Shown piece by piece: positions 57,360-64,000 of a DNA stretch of 64,000 bases. This DNA is from Clostridiaceae bacterium. Its GTDB lineage: Bacteria; Bacillota; Clostridia; Saccharofermentanales; DTU023. The stretch lies in NCBI GenBank assembly GCA_012522435.1, contig JAAYKK010000006.1, positions 31,413 to 95,412 of the forward strand. Reading direction: 5' to 3'. The notes under the pieces are model-generated. The model had not been told where the DNA came from, did not search any database, and saw only the letters and a program-made list of their open reading frames with translations. The position numbers and the translations under genes were made by a program. Position 1 is the first letter of the stretch. Every line of letters starts with the position of its first letter.

Positions 57360-59796
57360 TCAATTTGCTTCAATTGAAATAGCTAAAAATAAGACTATAC
57401 AACCCAAGACAAGTCAAGTTGATCATAGAGTGAAGATTGCCTTAGACGCTATCTTTTATTCAGCAGTGGCTTATTTATTTTCTTGTATTTGGTTTGATCT
57501 TCTAGCTAAAGCAGTCTTTTTAAACTATCCTTTGACTTATGCTTGGTTACCTAAATTAATTATTACTCTACTCGTTCTCTTAATTGTCAATTGGCCACGT
57601 ATTTTTGGCTATGGATTTTTAGGCTTAAGTGCAATAACTATTTTATTTGGTGTAGTTTTTGCAAAATCTCTTGGCAAACCGATATTTGATTTCTTGAAAA
57701 CACATTTTTCAGGTTCAATAAATTCAATTAAATGGGCCTTTAATCTTGATTCGCAAATAGAAAATATGCCACAGTTTTTCCCGTTCTATCTGGCGGTTCT
57801 TTCTATTCTGGTTGCTTTAATTTTAATTTATATAAAACCTGCACCTTTGGTGCTGACAATAGTCTGGATTTTACCTTATATCATTATAGTTCACCTAAAT
57901 CAGCAAAATATCTCCATTGGGACATTCTTTTTAGGCTTGTTTTGTATCTTAGTAACCTTTGCCAGACAGAGCAGTCATTTATATTCTTGGCGAAAAGTTT
58001 GGCAGATTCCACCTGTAGCTTTGATAACTTTTGTATTAGCATTAGTTTTTTTATTACAAACTGTTTTACCTCAAAATATTTTTTACAATGAAAAGATTAG
58101 TAAAACTTTAGATCAGTTAATAAAATCCAGTCAGAAGATGCCGGACACAGTTCGCTATTTTGAATTTAGTATTAAAGATGCCGGCTATTATCCTCAAGAT
58201 GTCAGACTGGGAGGTCCGGTAGAATTAGTTGATGAACCATTCATGAATGTAGCAGGGCCAGGTACACCTTTTTATTTGAGAGGAACAGTATTTGATCAAT
58301 TTGAACAGAATATTTGGCATGCTTCCTCAATGAAGTCTAATTATTTGTTTTACAATACTGATCCGATTGATCAACAAACTGAAGCTTTCGCATATCCAAG
58401 TTCATCTAAGTTACCACCTGGAGTGATTGCCAATTATTTTGTGGATGAAAGAATTAGTATTTCACCTATATATCAACCGATTCAAGCAGTTTTTCATGGC
58501 GGTAAACCAATAGAGATAATAAATCATTTAACAGAACAAACTGTAGAAGATGAAGGAAATAACATACTCTATTATTTTAATCCTGCCGGCCAAATCTATG
58601 CTTCAGAGCAAATTTCAAGCGAAGGCTATTCAATTAACGGATATATCTCGCGCTTAGGTATGACTGCCAATTATTTAACTTTGATGCAGAATGATGCCAA
58701 TGTCGACAATCTTGTTTTTGCCAAGCAGACAGTTCCCAATTTAGCCAACTATCAGAGTTTTCTTAATAGTAATGATCCTGAATTAGCACAAATTGTATAT
58801 CAGGATAATTTAGAAGAAAATCAAAAAGCAGGGCAATTAATAGAAATTATCAACTATCTAAAAAATAATTATCATTATCAATTGCAGGTTGAAGAAGTAC
58901 CCGCTAATCAAGATTTCTTTGAACATTTCATAAAATCCAAAACAGGATATTGTACCTATTTTGCAACTGCATTAACTATTTTGGCCAGAGAAGCAGGGTT
59001 TGAATCAAGGTATGTGGAAGGGTTCTTAGTTCAGGGTATTCATGATATAAATTTGCCACAAGAAAACTATGGTAGGGTTGTTTCAACAGATCAAGCACAT
59101 GCCTGGACAGAAATCAAGATTGATCAGCTAGGTTGGATGCCTTTTGATGCTACACCCTCATCTGCTTTGAATGAAATGCAAACAGACTTGGAAAAAGAAG
59201 AGCAGTTGAGAGCAGAGTTACCGGAACCTACTGAACCTGAACCAACTGAAACAGAGCAAACTACTCTACCAACTGAAAGCCAAAATCTAGAATCTGAGCC
59301 AACTGAACACGATCAACTTGCTGATGATCAGTCAAAGATTATTTTGCGCAAAGCAATCTTGATAATTCTTGCTGATTTAACATTTATTGCCATAATTGTC
59401 ATTTTCATTTTATGGCGTAGAAAAGTTTATGCGAGACGTCATAATCCTGAATGGCTCCATGATAAGTTTGACGGTGATTTAAAAGCTGCTGTTATCTATA
59501 TCTGGCAAGATCTTAAATATTTGTATAAAATAAATGATGGGATAGATGAACCTGACAAAACTATCCTCCGCTTGTTCAGCACAATGCTGAATGACTTTAA
59601 CTGGAACAGGAAAGATACTTTCTCCGCCTACCAAGCCATTGAGCAAGTTCTTTATGCAGAGAAAGATCCTAAACAGGAAAACTTAGTAAGCTTATTTAAA
59701 ATTTATCAGCAAACTGAAATAATTACAGCAGATAATATACCGAAGTTAAAATGGATGTTCAATCGATTTTTATTTTCTCCTGAACCTAAATTATGA
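57352..59796 (+). CDS. Transglutaminase-like (Cys-His-Asp) polytopic membrane protein (YebA/TgpA-like)
   Basis: N-terminal multi-TM block, core GYCTYFATA...DQAHAWTEI...PFDATP, a PTE-rich linker, a TM helix and a cytoplasmic tail. ATGAATAA overlap with the DUF58 gene. Confidence 0.85.
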   Translation: MNNQFASIEIAKNKTIQPKTSQVDHRVKIALDAIFYSAVAYLFSCIWFDLLAKAVFLNYPLTYAWLPKLIITLLVLLIVNWPRIFGYGFLGLSAITILFGVVFAKSLGKPIFDFLKTHFSGSINSIKWAFNLDSQIENMPQFFPFYLAVLSILVALILIYIKPAPLVLTIVWILPYIIIVHLNQQNISIGTFFLGLFCILVTFARQSSHLYSWRKVWQIPPVALITFVLALVFLLQTVLPQNIFYNEKISKTLDQLIKSSQKMPDTVRYFEFSIKDAGYYPQDVRLGGPVELVDEPFMNVAGPGTPFYLRGTVFDQFEQNIWHASSMKSNYLFYNTDPIDQQTEAFAYPSSSKLPPGVIANYFVDERISISPIYQPIQAVFHGGKPIEIINHLTEQTVEDEGNNILYYFNPAGQIYASEQISSEGYSINGYISRLGMTANYLTLMQNDANVDNLVFAKQTVPNLANYQSFLNSNDPELAQIVYQDNLEENQKAGQLIEIINYLKNNYHYQLQVEEVPANQDFFEHFIKSKTGYCTYFATALTILAREAGFESRYVEGFLVQGIHDINLPQENYGRVVSTDQAHAWTEIKIDQLGWMPFDATPSSALNEMQTDLEKEEQLRAELPEPTEPEPTETEQTTLPTESQNLESEPTEHDQLADDQSKIILRKAILIILADLTFIAIIVIFILWRRKVYARRHNPEWLHDKFDGDLKAAVIYIWQDLKYLYKINDGIDEPDKTILRLFSTMLNDFNWNRKDTFSAYQAIEQVLYAEKDPKQENLVSLFKIYQQTEIITADNIPKLKWMFNRFLFSPEPKL

Positions 59797-59866
59797 TTTT
59801 TCCTGATTGTGTTATATAATTTACTATTCAGGTAATAACATTAATTATGAGGTTTATAGAAAATAA

Positions 59867-61408
59867 ATGACAAAAATTGCAAAAGATAAACTCAGACTTA
59901 ACAATCAGGATATTTCAAATCAAGATCAGAAAAATAATGATCAAGCACCTTATTTGGAAAGTCTAAAATCATATGTAAAACAATATAAAATTCAAAATGG
60001 TGAAACTCCGACTTATTTCATTCAAACATTTGGCTGTCAACAAAATGAAAATGATAGTGAAATAATAGCCGGAATTATGGATGCTTCCGGTTTTATAAGT
60101 GCTGAAAACTATGAGGTAGCAGATATCTCAATTATTAACACCTGTAGTATTAGAGAAAATGCCGACACAAGATTGTTCGGTCATTTAGGTATTTTAAAAA
60201 CACTTAAACAACAAAACAAAAATCGTTTTACCATGCTCTGTGGATGTATGATGACCCAGGATCAGCATCTTGAGAAAATCAAAAAGAGCTTTTCTTTTGT
60301 TAATTTAATTTTTGGACCCCATGATATTTACCGTTTACCACATTTGCTTTGGGATAGCTTAGAAAATGATAAGCAAATAATAGCAGTATCTAAAGAAAAT
60401 CTAATGCCGAGTCAGGAAAATCTACCTATCACTCGTTCAAGAAAATTTAGAGCTTTAGTTTCTATAATGTATGGCTGCAACAATTTTTGTACTTTTTGTA
60501 TTGTACCTTATACTAGAGGCAGGGAAATAAGTCGTAGTTTCAGTTCTATAATCAAAGAAATAATATCTTTAAGAGACGAAGGATATACTGAAATAATGCT
60601 CTTGGGCCAGAATGTTAATGCTTGGGGTAAAGATTTTCGAGATGAAAAAGAAAAACCTAAAAATTTTGCTGAGCTGCTGGAAGCTGTAGCCCAAATAGAA
60701 GGCATAAAAAGGATTCGTTACATGAGTCCAAATCCACGGGATATTGATCAACAGTTAATTGATACAATTGGTAAATATAAGAATATTGAACCACATATGC
60801 ATTTACCCTTGCAGTCAGGTAGCAATCGTATTTTAAAGTTAATGGGTAGACGTCACGATCGAGAGCGTTATTTAGAAATTGTCAGACAATTACGTAAAGC
60901 AAGACCTGAGATCAGTTTAACTACTGATATAATAGTAGGTTTTCCCGGTGAAACTGAGCAGGATTTTGCAGATACTTTAGACTTAATGGAACAAGTGAAA
61001 TTTGATAGTGCTTTCACTTTTATCTATTCTGCTCGTGAGGGAACACCGGCTGCCAAATTTAAAAATAATAGCGACCCTGAACAGATAAGCCAACGTTTTC
61101 AGCGTTTAATTGAACTGCAAAATACACATAGCCTTGAAGCAAATAATAAAGTCATTAGTCAAGTTGAAGAAGTGTTATTAGAAGGCATTAGTCATGGTAA
61201 CAAAAATATTTTGACAGGAAGGACAGCTGACTTTAAACTAATTAATTTGTCAATACCACAAGAAATATATCAAACATTACCTTCTGAAGCTATTAACGAC
61301 CAAGGAAATTTAAATGGCAATTATTTTGAAGGGAAATATTGTTTGGTTAAACTGAATAAAGCAAAAACTTTCTCAATAGAAGGAGAGATGGTCGAAATTC
61401 AATGTTAA
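59867..61408 (+). CDS. miaB: tRNA-i6A37 methylthiotransferase
   Basis: N-terminal Cys triad (FGCQQNENDSE..NTCSIRE..CGC), radical-SAM CNNFCTFCIVP, and a C-terminal TRAM domain. Confidence 0.92.
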   Translation: MTKIAKDKLRLNNQDISNQDQKNNDQAPYLESLKSYVKQYKIQNGETPTYFIQTFGCQQNENDSEIIAGIMDASGFISAENYEVADISIINTCSIRENADTRLFGHLGILKTLKQQNKNRFTMLCGCMMTQDQHLEKIKKSFSFVNLIFGPHDIYRLPHLLWDSLENDKQIIAVSKENLMPSQENLPITRSRKFRALVSIMYGCNNFCTFCIVPYTRGREISRSFSSIIKEIISLRDEGYTEIMLLGQNVNAWGKDFRDEKEKPKNFAELLEAVAQIEGIKRIRYMSPNPRDIDQQLIDTIGKYKNIEPHMHLPLQSGSNRILKLMGRRHDRERYLEIVRQLRKARPEISLTTDIIVGFPGETEQDFADTLDLMEQVKFDSAFTFIYSAREGTPAAKFKNNSDPEQISQRFQRLIELQNTHSLEANNKVISQVEEVLLEGISHGNKNILTGRTADFKLINLSIPQEIYQTLPSEAINDQGNLNGNYFEGKYCLVKLNKAKTFSIEGEMVEIQC

Positions 61409-64000
61409 CTTTTGCTGAAGTTGATCGTGAAAAATTAACACCGATGATGCAACAATATGTTGCAGAAAAAGATAAACGGCCCGACTGTTTAATTTTTTTT
61501 CGTTTAGGTGATTTCTATGAATTATTCTTCGATGATGCCATTACTGCGTCAAAAGAGCTGGAGTTGGCTCTCACCGGCAGAGATTGCGGCTTAGATCAAA
61601 GAGCTCCTATGAGCGGTGTTCCTCATCATGCTGCAGAAAATTATATTCTGCGTTTAGTTAATCGAGGTTATAAAGTTGCCATTGTCGAGCAGGTTGAAGA
61701 TGCGCAAGAAGCAAAAGGCCTGGTTAAAAGAGAAGTAGTCAAGGTTGTCACTCCAGGTACTTTAACCGATCAAACCTCAATAGATGAGCAAAAATATTTA
61801 TTTTTAGCATCAATTTTACAAAAAGGAGCTTATTACGGTTTAGCTGTTTGTGATATTACAACCGGTTTATTCGACACCACAGAAATTACCTATGGAGCAA
61901 CAACTCCAAAACTACTGGATGAGCTAGCTCGTTATAAACCAGCAGAAATAATATGCAATCAAGAATTTGCTGATTCTAAAGCTTGTCATGATCTCTTGGC
62001 TCGCGAAACAATTACCTTGTCAGTACAACCTGACCATCAGTTCAACCAAGCATCTGTCGATCAATTTGAGATCATTCAAACTGATCAGTATTCGTTGTGG
62101 GCAGGTGCATCGGCTGCTTTATTAAACTATATTAAAGAAACTCAATTTACTTTACCTAATGATCTAGATAAAATAACTCCTTATCTGCAAGATGAATTTA
62201 TGATCTTAGATCATAATGCACGCAGAAATTTAGAATTGACTGAAACTTTAAGAGACCGTCAACGAAGAGGGAGCCTACTTTGGGCAATTGACCGTACTAA
62301 AACCAGTATGGGAGCACGATTGCTCAGATATTGGCTAGAACAACCCCTCTTGAATATTGAAGATATCTCACGCAGGCAAAATGCAATTGATATATTACTT
62401 GAAGATTTTATTTTGCGACAAGAATTGATTGAAAAGCTTAACGGAATCTATGATTTGGAAAGACTTAGTGGCAGAATTTCTTTAGGCCAAATAAATGCAC
62501 GTGATCTGGTTTCTTTAATTACAGTTTTAGATAAAATTGAGCCGATCAAGGATTTACTGAAAAATTTTAACGATCCTTATCTTTGCTCTTTAAATACGCA
62601 GCTACAAGCTTTGCCCGAATTAGGAAAACTACTAAAAAGCGCAATTGTTGATGATCCCCCTTTAACCATAACAGAAGGTAAGATCATTCGTCCCGGATAC
62701 AATCAACAAGTAGATGAATTTCGTGATGCTACAGAGAATGGGAAACAGTGGATCATCGAACTTGAAGCTAAAGAAAGAGAAAGAACTGGAATCAAGTCTT
62801 TAAAAGTTGGTTACAATAGAATTTTTGGTTATTACATTGATGTTAGAAAAACTAATTTGGATTTGGTACCGGATGAGTACATCAGACGACAAACATTAAC
62901 AAATTCAGAACGCTATATCACCGAAGAATTAAAAAACATGGAAGATAAAATCATCGGTGCTGAACAAAAACTTATTTCATTACAATATGATCTATTTACT
63001 GAAATAAGAACTGAAACAATGTCTTACTTAACTAAACTTAAAGCCAATGCCGAGGTACTGGCCCAATTGGATGTATTGTCCGCTTTGGCAGAATTAGCAG
63101 AAAAAGAAAACTACTGTAAACCAATTTTAAATAATGATGATACAATTAAAATCTCGGCAGGTAGGCATCCGGTAGTCGAACAAACGCTGGGACATGGTAA
63201 TTTTGTCCCTAATGATGTTTTATTAGACCAGCTTGATCATAAAGTAATGATTCTAACTGGTCCTAATATGTCCGGTAAATCAACATACATGCGACAAGTA
63301 GCCTTAATCGTATTATTGGCACAAATTGGCAGTTTTGTGCCAGCAGATTCTGCCATTGTCGGTATGACCGATCGAATATTTACCAGAGTAGGGGCAGCAG
63401 ATGATCTTGCCGGTGGACAATCTACCTTCATGGTAGAAATGAATGAAGTCTCACAAATAATGCGTAATGCAACAAATAGAAGTCTCTTGATACTGGATGA
63501 AATAGGGCGAGGCACAAGCACCTATGATGGACTTTCGATTGCTTGGTCGGTGATCGAGCACATTGTTGATCCTAATTTTATCAATGCTAGAACTTTGTTC
63601 GCCACTCATTATCATGAATTAACCGATTTAGCCGAGTCTACCCAAGGTGTTTTCAATTCTCATATTTCTGCAACCGAAAAAGATGGTGCAATCGTATTCT
63701 TACATCAGATCGAGCCCGGTTTTGCAGGACAGAGTTATGGTGTAGAAGTTGCTGAATTGGCAGGTGTTCCGGACTCAGTAGTTAATCGTGCCAGAGAAAT
63801 TCTTTACCAACTCGAAAGAGATAATCAAGGTAAAAGATTGACGGTAAAAAAGTCGGCAAGACCTTTGGATGGCCAGCTCGATTTGTTTTCTGCAGCTCAA
63901 AATTTCAATCAAACTAATAAAGTAATTGAAAAACTCAAAAATATTGATTTAGATTATGTCAGTCCCGTAGATGCTCGCAAGATCTTAGAAGAATTAATTG
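61402..64000 (+). CDS. mutS: DNA mismatch repair protein MutS (3'-truncated by window edge)
   Basis: Absent from the ORF track because no stop falls in the window. Translation from the ATG at 61402 gives TPMMQQY..K......LIFFRLGDFYELFFDDA. Walker A GPNMSGKSTYMRQ near 63260, then DEIGRGTSTYDG. 7-nt overlap with miaB. Confidence 0.93.
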   Translation, partial: MLTFAEVDREKLTPMMQQYVAEKDKRPDCLIFFRLGDFYELFFDDAITASKELELALTGRDCGLDQRAPMSGVPHHAAENYILRLVNRGYKVAIVEQVEDAQEAKGLVKREVVKVVTPGTLTDQTSIDEQKYLFLASILQKGAYYGLAVCDITTGLFDTTEITYGATTPKLLDELARYKPAEIICNQEFADSKACHDLLARETITLSVQPDHQFNQASVDQFEIIQTDQYSLWAGASAALLNYIKETQFTLPNDLDKITPYLQDEFMILDHNARRNLELTETLRDRQRRGSLLWAIDRTKTSMGARLLRYWLEQPLLNIEDISRRQNAIDILLEDFILRQELIEKLNGIYDLERLSGRISLGQINARDLVSLITVLDKIEPIKDLLKNFNDPYLCSLNTQLQALPELGKLLKSAIVDDPPLTITEGKIIRPGYNQQVDEFRDATENGKQWIIELEAKERERTGIKSLKVGYNRIFGYYIDVRKTNLDLVPDEYIRRQTLTNSERYITEELKNMEDKIIGAEQKLISLQYDLFTEIRTETMSYLTKLKANAEVLAQLDVLSALAELAEKENYCKPILNNDDTIKISAGRHPVVEQTLGHGNFVPNDVLLDQLDHKVMILTGPNMSGKSTYMRQVALIVLLAQIGSFVPADSAIVGMTDRIFTRVGAADDLAGGQSTFMVEMNEVSQIMRNATNRSLLILDEIGRGTSTYDGLSIAWSVIEHIVDPNFINARTLFATHYHELTDLAESTQGVFNSHISATEKDGAIVFLHQIEPGFAGQSYGVEVAELAGVPDSVVNRAREILYQLERDNQGKRLTVKKSARPLDGQLDLFSAAQNFNQTNKVIEKLKNIDLDYVSPVDARKILEELI

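Noticed and set aside
59215-59312. Repetitive CCAACTGAA/CCTGAA units
   Set aside because: They encode the PTE-rich linker (PEPTEPEPTETEQT...EPTEH) of the transglutaminase-like protein, so this is in-frame low complexity.
63237-63521. 94-aa minus-strand ORF
   Set aside because: It is antisense to the Walker A/B region of mutS, which is clearly the real gene. mutS is missing from the ORF track only because it has no stop within the window.

Overview
This is an AT-rich window of about 35% GC, standard genetic code, almost entirely filled with core housekeeping genes. Gene order is Firmicute-like. Read left to right: lspA-rluD, two DUF881 genes, phoH-pgpH-ybeY-era-recO, a counter-oriented nuclease-helicase plus tRNA-Leu(CAG), and argCJBDF behind a pair of ARG boxes. 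Next come a membrane GDPD protein, an orphan murD, an AI-2E transporter, a YpuA/DUF1002-like protein, rpsO-pnp, an FHA-like/SEDS fusion with a class B PBP, and polA. An inverted coaE-ychF block follows. The rest is comM-dprA-topA-trmFO-queA-tgt-yajC, dnaG-sigA-trmK-nif3, RNase P RNA, ytxH and a DUF948-like gene, yfhO, a lipoprotein, an arsC-like gene, tRNA-Leu(CAA)-tRNA-Trp, a MoxR-DUF58-transglutaminase triad, miaB, and a mutS that runs off the 3' edge. The class A-like RNase P RNA together with this synteny suggests a Clostridia-type rather than Bacilli-type Firmicute; that is inference. I found no CRISPR array, transposase, integrase, prophage, toxin-antitoxin pair or recognisable defence island. 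I cannot honestly claim a new multi-gene system here. The items most worth a second look are listed below.
- A PD-(D/E)XK nuclease fused to an XPD/DinG-type Fe-S helicase.
- rnpB, whose predicted promoter and 5' end lie inside the nif3-like CDS.
- PNPase with an Arg/Gly/Asp-Asn repeat tail.
- The FHA-like/SEDS fusion, translationally coupled to a PBP.
- The uncharacterised MoxR-DUF58-transglutaminase module.
All functional calls rest on motifs I recognise by eye. No database search was run.
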